Of a stretch of 64,000 nucleotides of DNA, positions 35,441 through 48,524 are shown piece after piece. The notes beneath the pieces are model-generated. The model was not told where the DNA came from and searched no databases. It was given only the letters and a program-made list of their open reading frames with translations. The stretch lies in the NCBI RefSeq assembly GCF_009914755.1, contig NC_060927.1. One strand, 5' to 3'. The position numbers and the translations under genes were made by a program. Every line of letters starts with the position of its first letter. Positions within the stretch are counted from its first letter, which is position 1. Source of the DNA: the human T2T-CHM13v2.0 reference genome, Homo sapiens.

Positions 35441-36260
35441 AACTATATTCTGTGCTGTGAGGGGCCTTGCAGTCACCTATTTGCTGCTATTCTCAGCTCT
35501 CTCCAGTCTTCCCGTAATTGAGGTCAAGAGTCATTGTCATTTATTTTCTTGTAACTGATGTGTTTCACTCATTTATGTTACCTGCTTGGTCCCTGTAGGC
35601 ATTTGAGTTTGCATTCTCAGCTGTGCCCTGATCATCTCTTTCAACACACCTCCATGCTTTTATATTTGTTGCCGCCTCTGTTTAGAATTACCTGGCCTCC
35701 CTTTCAGGCCTGGCAAACTCCTTCTCAGGATAACGCAGCCCCATGCTTCCCTTCCCAAATTGAGTTATCTCTGTTAACCATCCTAATATATAAGCTGCCA
35801 ATTTTACATAATACCTTTTAGTTTACTTACCTTTATATACTTGATGCCCAGAACAGCACTGGGTACATAACAGACTAAGGGTCAGTCCCGTTTACTGAGT
35901 GTTCATTCAGTGAAAGACACTTCCTAGAACTTAAAAGCATTTTTAATATCTAACAGTGAAATAGTGTATTAGTCACAGCCTGTACAGCTGTAGATGATGG
36001 AAACTTGGCTAAATTGGCTTCCATGACAACAAAAAGGAGGAGCACTTACTGGCTCGTGTATCTGACAAGCTGAGCTATGTGTCAAGCCTCAGGTATGGCT
36101 GGAACCAGGAGTTCAATAGATAGCAGGACTCAGTCTCTCTTCTCAGTGTCTTGGCTGTGCTTTCTTCTGAATAAGCTTCATTCTTAGAAAGAGTTTCTCT
36201 GCATGATGATGACAAAGATGCCACCCACGGTTCTGTATTTTTCTTATAATTAGTGATTTT

Positions 36261-37121
36261 TTTTTTTTTAATTTTTTTTTTATTATACTTTAAGTTTTAG
36301 GGTACATGTGCACATTGTGCAGGTTAGTTACATATGTATACATGTGCCATGCTGGTGCGCTGCACCCACCAACGTGTCATCTATCATTAGGTATATCTCC
36401 CACTGCTATCCCTCCCCCCTCCCCCGACCCCACCACCGTCCCCAGAGTGTGATATTCCCCTTCCTGTGTCCTTGTGATCTCATTGTTCAATTCCCACCTA
36501 TGAGTGAGAATATGCGGTGTTTGGTTTTTTGTTCTTGCGATAGTTTACTGAGAATGATGGTTTCCAATTTCATCCATGTCCCTACAAAGGACATGAACTC
36601 ATCATTTTTTCTGGCTGCATAGTATTCCATGGTGTATATGTGCCACATTTTCTTAATCCAGTCTATCATTGTTGGACATTTGGGTTGGTTCCAAGTCTTT
36701 GCTATTGTGAATAATGCCGCAATAAACATACGTGTGCATGTGTCTTTATAGCAGCATGATTTATAGTCATTTGGGTATATACCCAGTAATGGGATGGCTG
36801 GGTCAAATGGTATTTCTAGTTCTAGATCCCTGAGGGATCGCCACACTGACTTCCACAATGGTTGAACTAGTTTACAGTCCCACCAACAGTGTAAAAGTGT
36901 TCCTATTTCTCCACATCCTCTCCAGCACCTGTTGCTTCCTGACTTTTTAACGATTGCCATTCGAACTGGTGTGAGATGATATCTCATAGTGGTTTTGATT
37001 TGCATTTCTCTGATGGCCAGTGATGATGAGCATTTTTTCATGTGTTTTTTGGCTGCATAAATGTCTTCTTTTGAGAAGTGTCTGTTATTAATAATGGGAG
37101 ACTTTAACACCCCACTGTCAA
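36261..37121 (-). mobile_element. Young 5'-truncated L1 (L1PA2/L1HS-related, ACG/A type) with a 35-bp 5' inversion
   Basis: 3'UTR and uninterrupted ORF2 C-terminus ([20 protein letters not shown]) to 37086; inverted EN-coding fragment 37087-37121; TSD TATAATTAGTGATTTT at 36245 and 37122 at a TT/AAAA site. Confidence 0.95.
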
Positions 37122-37275
37122 TATAATTAGTGATTTTTTTAAGAAACCATAAATCTATTGCTTCATAGTGGTAACCAAGCACTTCGTAGTGGCCACCAAT
37201 CAGGAGGAAGTCCCTGATTGACCTAGCTCAGGTCACATGGCCATTCTCAGTCCAGTCAATGTGGCCAGGCATAAG

Positions 37276-37822
37276 TGAGGGGGGAGAATAGGGTCTGGAA
37301 GCAGGGAACCTAAGGCTGATTCACGCTGATTTCCTAGAATGGAATTAAAAGGAAAACCCCAACTTTCCATGCCCAAGTAACAAAAGGATCATAAGCTACT
37401 TCCTTTGCACCCCCACCCACTTTTTCTTCGTGGCAGATGGAAAATGGAAAGTACTCTGATTGGTCCCCTTCTGCAACCAATCAGACTGGTCGTGGGCCTA
37501 GTCTTTATTTGCATAGGGGTATAACTTTGTAACTTCACTTCAGCCTTTGATTGGTTGCCTTCTGCAATCAATCAGACTGGTCATGGGCCACTTCTTTATT
37601 TACATAGGCTGTAACCAAGTAACCAGTGAGAAACCTCTAGAAGGTATTTAAACCCCAGAAAATTCCATAACCAGCATGCTTGAGCCCACTCCCATACTGT
37701 GGAGTGTGCTTTCGTTTCAAAAATCTGTAGTTTCATTGCTTCATTTGTGTGTTTTGTCCAATTCTTTGCTCAAAGTGCCAAGAACCTGGATGACTCACAG
37801 TCAAGACCCGTCACTGGTAACA
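37276..37822 (+). mobile_element. ERV1 solo LTR (MER51-like)
   Basis: TG...CA termini; 4-bp TSD TAAG at 37272-37275 and 37823-37826; start TGAGGGGGGAGAATAGGGTCTGG; several CCAAT boxes. Confidence 0.85.
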
Positions 37823-38679
37823 TAAGTAGTCTGGCCATACCTGGGTCATCTGTCTACTTCTGGTACCTGGGGTGGAGTCGACCCTACTCAAATTACATTG
37901 AAGGAAAGGTAGGTCTCCAACACGAGAGAAAATAGGCAAAAAAAAAAAAAAAAAGTGACAATTATATTTGGAACTACCTTTGTCTCATTTTATAAATAAA
38001 GCAGCTGAGGGTGAGAGAGATTATCGTGACCTAAGGTCACAACCAGGAGGCGGCAGAAGTGGGATTCTCACACCAGATCTTCCTGACTCTAAATGGTAGA
38101 CTGTTAATTCAGTGCACCCAACTATTTCTGAAGGGAGTTATCCTGGAACTCCCCAGCCCCCATCTCTGCATGGGGACAATCCTGAGGTTTGATGCTCCTG
38201 TGTATGACTATTAGTATGTAGAGATACCTTGTAGGCCCACCATGGCAGGATTTTGTGTAGGAGCACATGTTTAGCTGTAAGCTCTGTTTTCCCTGGCACC
38301 TCTCTAGTGGCTACACTGTACCTGAAAATATTTCTCTTACCCATCAAAAGAACTCTTTACATTAATAAAAGTTGGAAGAGTCAGGCAGCTGGATTCGTCT
38401 CTTCTCTTGGAACGTTTTGATTAATTTAGCACATGCATTCTCATCAAGGGGTGGTGTTGCTTGCAAGGGAGCAAAAACTGGTTCTTGGGGGTAGGGAGGG
38501 AAATCTTACCTTTTTTAAATGAATAAAGTACATATATACATGTAGTATCTAAATAGACAGTTTATCTGAGATGTTAAAATTTCCTGGAGATAATATGCTG
38601 TGATGAATGCCATCTTGAAAACTGTAACATATCTTCCCTCCAGAAGATATGTCCCTCATTCTTCAACAGTTGTCACCTT

Positions 38680-40215
38680 TTTTCTCTGCTCCACCTTGCA
38701 GCAAAACTTCTTGAATGAGTTGTCTTTATTTCCTAATTCCTCTCATCCCACCTGCTCCTGACTGAACCCTCTCCAATCAGCCTTGTCACTAGTCTACCCA
38801 AACAGCTCTTACCAAGGGCACCAGTGACGTCTGTTTTGCCAAGCCAAATGGTCAACTTTCAGTGCTTATCATACTGAGCCTGAAGGCCACATTGACACAG
38901 TTGACCCCTCCCCTCAATCCTTTAAATATCTTATTTTCTTGGCTTCAAAGGTCACTGTCCTAATTTTTTTTTCTTATCTCACTGGATGTGTACCTCATCT
39001 TCTTTCCTGGTGCCTCCTTATCTCCCCAACTGTAAATACAAGAGTGCCAGGGCTCAGGCCTTAGAACATTCCTCTTTTCCGTCTACACTCATTCCCTCAG
39101 AATCATGGCTTTCAACTCTCTCTATAGGTCCTCATTTCTAGCCCCAGCCTAGACTTCTCCCCTGGATCCCAGATTTGTATCTGCCCACTCACCATCTCTT
39201 CTGATATGTCTCATAGGCAACTCAGGCTAAGTATCAGTTTTGGGTTAATACAGAGAACAGAGAAACATATTAAAAGAACCCATGAGGACACAGTCAGCAA
39301 AATCTAGATTGTGTGTACGGGACAAATGACCCAGTTTTTTCAAAAAATAAATTTTAAAGAAAAAGGAATAGAGGAGATGCCTATAGATTAAAAGAGATTT
39401 ATGAGATAAAAGTCAGTTGCAATATATGTACCATATTTGGATATTGATCCAAGCAACCATAAAATAATTATGAGATGATCAGGGTTATTTGAATATTGAC
39501 TGGATATTGGATATTATCATTAATTATTTTTAGCTATGAGAATGGTGATTTGGCGATATTAGAAAAAAATTAAAAAAATATATACCCAGAATGTTATCAG
39601 TTCTTACCACCTGCAGTATTATCACCCTCAGCCAAACTAACATCCTCTCTTGTATTATTTTTATATTGCCTCTTAGCTGATTTCCCTGCCTATAACCGAC
39701 CCCCTACACCGGTCTGCTCTCAGCACAACAGCCAGAGATATCCTGGTAAGATGTGTCATGATATTCCACTTCCCATTGCATTTGGAGTGAGAGAGCCAGT
39801 CTGTTCAGTTTCAGTCTGCAAGACCCCATGGGTTCCTCCCTTACCTCTCTGACCTTATATCCTGCGCTCCACTCCTGGGTGAGCTGCTCTGGCCCCCTTG
39901 CTGCTTTTGTGACACAGCAAGCATGCTCCAGCTCTAGGTGTTTGTATTTTCTCTTCTCCCTGCCTAGAACCCACTTTCTCCAGGTCTTATTTCAGCACCT
40001 CCTTTCCCTGAACATTCTGTGTAATAAGTTAACCCTTATCTCCTTAGCCTGCCTAGTATTTTTCCATAGCATTTGTTACCATCTGATGTATGTACTGTTT
40101 TTTGGTCTGATGCTTCCACTAGAACATGAGTTATGTGAGAGTAGAAACTGTATTTTTCATTGCTGTATCCCTAGTACTTAAATTGCACATAACACGCACT
40201 AAATAAATGTTGAAA
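38680..40215 (+). mobile_element. L2 3' region, interrupted by an L1M fragment at about 39235-39580
   Basis: CCAATCAG...AAACAGCTCTTACCAAGGGCACCAGTGAC RT-region motif; L2 tail AATAAATGTTGAA. Confidence 0.7.
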
Positions 40216-40484
40216 GAAAAATAGTTTTTCATACAGGGGGAGGAAATGTTTATAAATGCTTAGGGGGAGCATGATAATGAAAAAAGTTGAGAATCCCTGC
40301 TTTAGCCTTGGGAAGCATGTGGTCATCTTGTCCCTGCTATTACTGTTGTTACTGTATTTACATTTCTCTGTCTTTTCCACCTTGGGATAGTCCGTTTTAT
40401 CATGTTATAACGTGTCATACAGCAAAACTTTGTGAATTGGCTCCAATTGGGGGAAGAGCCATTTGAGTTTCTTCTCTTCAGACT

Positions 40485-40690
40485 GAGCGCTTGCTATCTG
40501 GCTTCTGTGCTGCAGTCGGGGAGCTCACATCGCAGGCGCATGTAATGTGACCAGCACGTCCCCCGGGAGTTAGCTTCCTTCCCCATGCATGAGCTGGAGC
40601 CTGCGGAACAGGATGGCGACAGTTTACTGAGGTGCCATTGATCCCGGGACACGTCTAGGCATTTCAGGCCGGGCAGTTGACCGTCATATG
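40485..40690. promoter_or_regulatory. Small CpG-enriched unique element (candidate enhancer or weak promoter)
   Basis: 12 CpGs in about 200 nt; NRF1-like CGCAGGCGCA; YY1-like CAGGATGGCG. Confidence 0.35.
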
Positions 40691-41053
40691 GGTCTCTCCT
40701 ACATAGCAGGATGTTTACTGTGTCTGCCTTTCAGGATTTATCTTGACACAAAAAACAACTTGTTTTTTACATGCACACATACATCCCCTCCCCTCTGTCC
40801 CACCCTCCACACTTGGAGAACTAAGATGTCAGGAAGGCCCCGAGGAGGAATAAGCAAGAAATGAGGCAATCCAGGCAGGCACTCAGATGTGCTCGTAGTT
40901 TATGGCCAGAAAACAGTGCTCTAGGTGTGTTCAGATGACTGTGGTATCTTTTCTGAAACTCCATTTGTAAATATTTATAGCCCACTTCTTTCCAAAAAGG
41001 ATTTGAAATAGCTTTATGAGTATACATAAACCCACACACAAATATACACTTAG

Positions 41054-41363
41054 GGCTGGGCACAGTGCCTCACGCCTGTAATCCCAGCACTTTGGGGGAG
41101 CCGAGGTGGGCGGATCACCTGAGGTCAGGAGTTCGAGACCAGCCTGGCCAACATGGTGAAACCCTGTCTCTACTAAAAGTACAAAAAATCAGCTGGGCGT
41201 GGTGGCACATGCCTGTAGTCCCAGCTACTTGGGAGGCTGAGGCATGAGAATCATTTGAGCCCGGGAGGCAGAGGTTTCAGTGAGCAGAGATTGTGCCACT
41301 GCACTCCAGCCTGGGCAACAGAGCGAGACTCCGTCTCAAAAATAAACAACAATAACAAAAAAA
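41054..41363 (+). mobile_element. AluS with TSD
   Basis: ATATACACTTAG flanks both ends. Confidence 0.95.
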
Positions 41364-42317
41364 TATATACACTTAGATTTAACAAAACAAGAGTGGAAAA
41401 CAAGAAACCTGGCCTGAAAGAACAGCAGGAAGCAGTGAGGGAGTCTTGAGAGTTAAGTCGGGATCTGCGAGGGGAATCACATGCAGCTGGATGCCCTCTG
41501 CCAGCCCAGTGCCCAGGGAAGCGGAGTGGGGCTGCCTCACCTTGTCCTCACCTTCTACCAGCCTTTGCATTATATCTCATAATTTTTCCCCTTTAGTCAT
41601 CACATTGGGTTATCTATTGAAAAATCCGAGTAGCCAACTATATAGTATCATTTAAAAGTGGACATAGGACTTTGAGTAGACATTCTAGGTGATTGGTGCC
41701 TGTCTCCAGCACCGGCCTGTGATCACAGCTCACAGAGGGCATGAACTGTGTCTGTTCATCTTTGTACTCCAGTACCTGGAAGCCAGGAGGAACTCAATAA
41801 ATATTTTACTGTATAAATGAATGGCTTTACAGTTCTTCTTACAAGAAAGGAAGAAGCCTGTCAGTTGTTTGAGGGAAAGGTTTTTGTTTTTGTTTTTTCC
41901 TGGTTCTATTTTGAGAGTTCTCTCATGTGGGCGATTATATTAGGAATTTTGAGTGGTGTCCTCGGTCTTGTTCTCAAGAAAATTGGGAGAAATGCAGACG
42001 CAGGATTCATGTGGCTTTCCTTGTAAGGGGGAAAACTGAAGTCCTGACTTTGATGAGCAGTTTAATGCAGAGTCTGAGAGGCCCCAGCGAAGGTGATCAA
42101 GGTACACACCTTTTCCTCATATGACCTGGTTCAAGAGCAAATGGAAATTCCTCAGGGAGGGTAGAGAACAGTCCCTAAATGTTACTGCTTTCAGGGCCAC
42201 TTTGGGTACATGCTAGAGGTGGTTCAATTTGGGATTATGTAATATAGTAGTAAAAAGCAGGGACCTTGCATAGAATTATACACAAAAATATACCACAAAA
42301 AATAATAGTGGTGCAGT

Positions 42318-42614
42318 GGCTGGGTGCAGTGGCTCACGCCTGTAATCTCAGCACTTTGGGAGGCCGAGGCGGATGGATCACTTGAGGCCAGGAGTTTGAG
42401 ACCAGCCTGGGCAACATGGTGAAACCCCGTCTCTACTAAAAATACAAAAATCAACTGGGCGTGTTGGCACACACGTGTAATTTAAGCTACTCAGAAGGCT
42501 GACACATGAAAATTGCTTGAACCTGGAAGGCAGGTTGTGGTGAGCCAAGATGACGCCACTACACTCCAGCCTGGGTGACAGAGCGAGATTCTATCTCAAA
42601 AAAAAAAAAAAAAA
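42318..42614 (+). mobile_element. AluS-like
   Basis: Full dimer with poly(A). Confidence 0.93.
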
Positions 42615-43159
42615 TTAATAATAATACTAGTAGTACACGTAAAAATGGGTGAAATCTATGTGAAGTGTATTGCGCTCATTTTGGTTTCCTGGTTGTGATA
42701 AAGTACTGTAGTTACATAAGGTGCCACTAATTAGATAAATTGGGTGATGGATGTATAACACCTCTCTGCACTGTTTATGAGTCTATAATTAAAAAGCAGG
42801 GCCTTGGCAACAGAGTTGTGTTGAATCCCCCATTACCCCAGCTGAGAGGTGACTTTTTTCTCCTGGCATTTAACGTAATTCTTAACTACCTATTTGCTCT
42901 GTGCCTTTCTCCCCCAGGAGAAAGCAGAAGCTGAGTCTGTTTTGTTCACTGCTAAATTCTCTGTCTCCTAGCACAGTGTGTGGCACCTGTGTTTTGAAGT
43001 CAGATGTTTGGGTGAAAGAATAGTTATGGACACAGGTGACTTAAATTCTCTCAGGCGGTCTGCAGTTAGGTCAATACCTCCCTGTCAGGACGATGGGAGA
43101 ATTAAATGTGTATAATGTAGCTAAAGCTCAGGGCCTTCTGCAAGCAAACACTCAACTTC

Positions 43160-43462
43160 CGGAGGCGGCAGACTTTTTCCGTCAAGGGTCAGATAGTAGT
43201 GGCTTGGGCTTTGCAGAGCATGCAGTCTCTGTTGTAGCGGCCCACCTCTGCCACTGTAGCACAAACGCAGCCAGAGACAATCGGTACATGAATGAGTGTG
43301 GTGCATTTAAAAATGCAACTTAAAATCTTTTAAATTGCAAATTAAAAATAATTTTTTTATGAACCTGAAATTTGAATTCTTTCCAACCATTTCAATATAT
43401 AAAAATCTCTCTTAGCTTATAGGTGGTGGGCTAGATGTGGCCTCAGGTCCACAGTTTGTGCA
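43160..43462. mobile_element. MER58B-like hAT-Charlie fossil
   Basis: AAGGGTCAGATAGTA...CTCTGCCACTGTAGCACAAACGCAGCCA...CACAGTTTG. Confidence 0.7.
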
Positions 43463-43745
43463 CTGTGATGGGCACTGTCACTTTTGGCAAGCTCCTTCTC
43501 CACACTGCTGGCCGCTGGGGTAAACGAAGAAGCTGTGGAAACTATATAATTTGGTGGCAAAGTTAATGTTCCCCACAAAACCAGATCTGTGCAATGAGTT
43601 TCTCTCTGGGCTGGGAGGAAGGCTGCTCCTGTGGCCCAGATAAACCCAGCCTGCATTTTGCATGGGAGGCTTTGTAGGATTGGCACCATTTCCCATAGGA
43701 AGGCGTAACACACATGTTCTCAGCTCTAGGCAGCTTGCTGTAGAG

Positions 43746-43966
43746 CAGGGCTGTCCAATCTTTTGGCTCCCCTGGGCCACACTGAAAGAAGAAGAATTGT
43801 CTTGGGCCACATATAAAATACACTAACACTAACGGTAGCTGATGAGCTGAAAAAAAAGGGCGCAAAAAAACTCATGTTTTAAGAAAGCTTACAAATTTGT
43901 GTTGGGCTGCATTCGAAGCCATCCTGGGCTGTATGCAGCCCGAGGGCCGCAGGTTGGACAAGCTTG
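43746..43966. mobile_element. MER30 hAT-Charlie element
   Basis: CAGGGCTGTCCAA...TTGGACAAGCTTG termini; 8-bp TSD CTGTAGAG (43738) / CTGTAGCG (43967). Confidence 0.88.
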
Positions 43967-45371
43967 CTGTAGCGTGTTGTCCAGGTGCACTTGTCTGCCG
44001 GAAAGGGCAGATAGATGTGGGCTCCAGCCCTGCCTGATAGCCTCTCGGCTCTGAGCGTGGGCAGATCTCTCAAGGCCCTCTGAAACTTGGTTTCTTCTGC
44101 TTTAAAGGTGGAATGGTGAGGTGCAGTGGCAGCCTATTTGTGGCTGCTTTGCTTAATTTGGGGTTAGCTAATAGCTGTTCCTTTTTTTGTCTAAAGTGGT
44201 TATACTGACCCAATCCATTACAAAGTTGCTTTGAGGACTAAAATGAAACAATTTAAGGTGTCTGGCACTTACCCATCATTTTTATTGGGCACCTTCTTAA
44301 TAATGTTTGAATCTACATAAGGTAAGATCATCTACATTCTTTCAGACACACAGCCATTTACTCCTCTGAATTTGAAGTTTTTCTTCAATTTTTTGTCTTC
44401 ATAAGAATTAAAATGTTACAGAGTCATAAATTTTGTTTTCCAAGTTTTACCTAAAACCCTCAGATATTTTGCTCCTAAACAGGTTAAGGACCAATGTGAT
44501 ACTGCCCTCACTCTTAAAATCTTGAAATCCTTCAGCTGTTAATACCATTAAACTATTACTAACTGATTTATTTTTGTAGTGTTCAAATAAATTTTAATAT
44601 AGGTTGGGTGAAATCTAGAAAAGTTGTATATTTTGTCTTTATGTATAATAGGAATTACAAGGAAGTGCCAATTCAGAGTAAAGTTAAATGAAAACATGAG
44701 AGTTAGGGAAATAAGGCTTTATTAGAATACACAAATGCCTTCTGTGGTCGATTAGATTGTGAGAATCCAAATAAATATTTTAGAAAATTATTATTTGAAT
44801 AAAAGTGCACATTATTTTATGTGTCCGCCATTATTTAATGTATTCCCTCAACCATATGGAGATGGCAGAAGAGATATTGATTCAGGCTTTGGTTGTGAGT
44901 GAAGGAGATAGGAAAATTATCTGGAGGCTGCTGGTAGGATTATAAGGAAAACCACTAAAGAATCTGGAAATATGTTCATATGCCAGCTGCCCCTCACAAG
45001 ACAGTATTCCGTGCTTGAAGTTTGGCAAGAGAGAGATGATCCGTTTATGGCTTTAAAAAAAAAGTATTTACAAAATCTTAATTCACACGATACATTATAT
45101 TTATTTGACATGTTTTATTACGGATCATAAAACTAAAGTTCTGGAAGATTAAGTCACTTTCCAGATATCAAATAGGTAGACCTGGAATCTGAACACAGTT
45201 GGCCTGACTTGCAATCCATGGTCTTTTGACAACATCTTTGTTTCTCTGTGTTCAGGACTCTGCTAACACAGGATTTTAGATGATGGGTCCTTGCTCTCAA
45301 GGAGCTTACAACTTAATTGAGGAGCTGACTTTCATATATGAGAGTAAGTAGAAGAAAATACAGCTATCATT

Positions 45372-45884
<513 letters not shown>

Positions 45885-46759
45885 GCAGCTGTCATTTCTA
45901 AAGCACCTTTTGGTTTCCAGTGAGCTATCTCAGTCGAATTTCCTATAACTATGAATTAGTTGAGGTACATGCCATTAGCTCATTTTCATGGTGAGGAAAC
46001 CATGAAAAGGCTCAAAAAGTTAGTGACTTGCCTAAGATTATACCAGTAAGTGACAAAGCCACCATGTGGTACTTTGTGTCTTGCAGTTTCTTTTTTACCG
46101 GAAGTCACAAAATCAGCTGCATACAGGGGCCAGGAAGGCAGAATATATGAGCAAAGCACGTTATAAGGCAACAGGGAGCAGTGGGTTTGTGATGAACCAG
46201 AGATTGAAACTTCTGTCTGAAGAGGTCACTGCTACTTGGCTACAGCTGATTGTGCCCATAAAGAAGTGAAAGCCCCAATGATAACGGATCTAATTTTTCA
46301 GAGATGCCCTAAATCTGAATTTTAATTTAAAATCTCCTGATTAACCTTCTCTTTAAAAATTCTCAGAACACTGAATTAACCAACACTATGTGTGCTAAAC
46401 AGAACTGTCTTTTGGGCCTCAAGTTTGAGAATGAACTCTGCTGTATACTCTATGGCCTCTAAGACAAACTCTGATGACTCTTCCCCAAATGAGTAGGAAA
46501 TCAGGAAGCTTCAGAGAGCCATGGTGTCAAAGAAGGCTTCCTGGAGGAGGTGGGATCAGAAAGGAGCCTTGAAGGATGGATAGTAGAAAAGAAGGGAGAG
46601 ATCCTTCCAGGCTAGGAGAGGGGAGAGAATATACAGTAAGTATTGAGCACAATACCTGAAATATTACCTGAGGTAATAATATTAGCAGTGATGCCAGTAT
46701 GCTAGTATATTAACAAGAAAGCCAGTCTAACTGAAATAGATGCATAGAAAATGTGGGAC

Positions 46760-47590
46760 CAGCCACCCAAACCTCCAGCAAATACCATACTTAGTGATGA
46801 AACATTAGAAGCTTTCTTTTATAAAATCAGGAACATAAGGATCTTATTACCATCTATATTCATCGTAGGCCCTGGAGGCCCTAACCAGTGTAGTAAGACA
46901 AGAATAAGAAATACAAGGATGGGGGAAAAAGGAGGCCAGTCATGATGGTGCACAACTGTAATCCCAGCACTTTAGGAGGCCGAGGCCGGTAGATTGCTCG
47001 AGCTTAGAAGTTCAAGGTCAGCCTGAGCAACATGGTGAAACCCCATCTCTACAAAATATACAAAAATTAGCCAGGTGTAGTGGTGCACACCTGTAGCCCC
47101 AGCTACTTGGGAGGATCACATGAGCCTGGTCAAGGCTGTAGTGAGCTGAGATTGTGCCATTGTACTGCAGCCTGGATGACAGAGTGAGACCCTGTCTCAA
47201 AAAAAAGAAAAGAAAAGAAAAACAAACAGTCATTATTCATAATCATATTATCTACAACAAAAATCCAAGAGAATTTACAAAATAGTGTTCAGCATGATTG
47301 CTTAATATAAGTCATAATACAAAAGTCAATTCCACTTCTGTACACAAACAATAAACAGTTTGCAAATATTTCTAAAACTTTATATATTACCTTTATGGAG
47401 CAAACCTAGAAACTTCATTGAAAGATAAAGATCTAAATAAATGGGAAGCTGTACCATTTTCATGAATGGGAAGCATCGGTATTGTAAGATGTCAGTTCCT
47501 AAATAAACACATTCAATGTAATTATAATTCAAATCACAATTTTGTATGAGTATGGATAATGTACATGTATATTAAGCTGCTTCTAAAATG
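46760..47590 (+). mobile_element. L1M ORF2 remnant containing an AluJ (46933-47225)
   Basis: CAGCAAATACCATACTTAGTGATGAAAC...AAATCAGGAACA. Confidence 0.7.
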
Positions 47591-47994
47591 TGTTATATGT
47601 GAAACAGGTAGTCCAAGGCCAGCTTTGGAGGACTTTGGTGCTGGAACATGGAGTTTAGACCTGATCCAACCTGCTGCTGTTTCTCAGGCTAGGGCCGGTG
47701 TTTGTATTTTCAAGTATTAAAAACAAATTTTTCTGTTATTTTAACAATACAAGCAAATTCTGGAATTTAAAATTTGCCCAAGGGCTTCTGGGTGATTTCA
47801 GGCTAGACACTTGTGTTTGTGTTTGCAGTCACATTTATACTGAGTTACAATCATTTGTCATGGGCTAATGACAGAGGAACAAGGCAGACTGATTATATAA
47901 GCATCTGGTTAGACCAAGTGCAGGCCAACTAATCTCACAGCCCAGCAAAGGCTTGTAGCAGCTAGTGTGAAATGGTCGAAGAATTACGAGGCTG

Positions 47995-48524
47995 GCTCAT
48001 TTTTGTATTTTTTCAAGACACGGGGTTTTGCCATGTTGCCCAGGCTGGTCTTGAACTCTGAATCCCAAGTGATCCACCCACCTCAGCCTCCCACAGTGCT
48101 GGGATTACAGGCGTGAACCGCTGTGCCTGGCCAATTTTATTTTCAAGATTTTACCACTAGCAATATGTAGGATAAATGGGAGATGAGAGGCAAAGGTGAG
48201 TTTGAGTAGAGAAGAAATTTTTTTTTTTTTTAATACAGAGTCTCGTTCTCTCTCTCAGTCTGGAGTGCAGTGGCACAATCTTGGCTCACTGCAAGCTCTG
48301 CCCCCCGGGTTCACGCCATTCTCCTGCCTCAGCCTCCTGAGTAGCTGGGACTACAGGTGCCCGCCACCACATCTGGCTAATTTTTTTGTTGTTGTTGTAT
48401 TTTTTTAGTAGAGACAGGGTTTCACCGTGTTAGCCGGGATGGTCTCGATCTCCTGACCTCGTGATCCGCCCGCCTCGGCCTCCCAAAGTGCTGGGATTAC
48501 AGGCGTGAGCCACCGTGCCCAGCC
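47995..48524 (-). mobile_element. Alu left arm (47995-48132) and AluY (48218-48524)
   Basis: AluY diagnostics GCAAGCTC, TTCACGCCATTC, GGATGGTCTCGATCTCC; TSD GAGAAGAAA. Confidence 0.92.

Noticed and set aside
36487-37182. 231-aa minus-strand ORF as a chimeric gene
   Set aside because: It is the L1 ORF2 C-terminus read through the inverted fragment, TSD and flank from a non-ATG start. The open frame reflects a young insertion.
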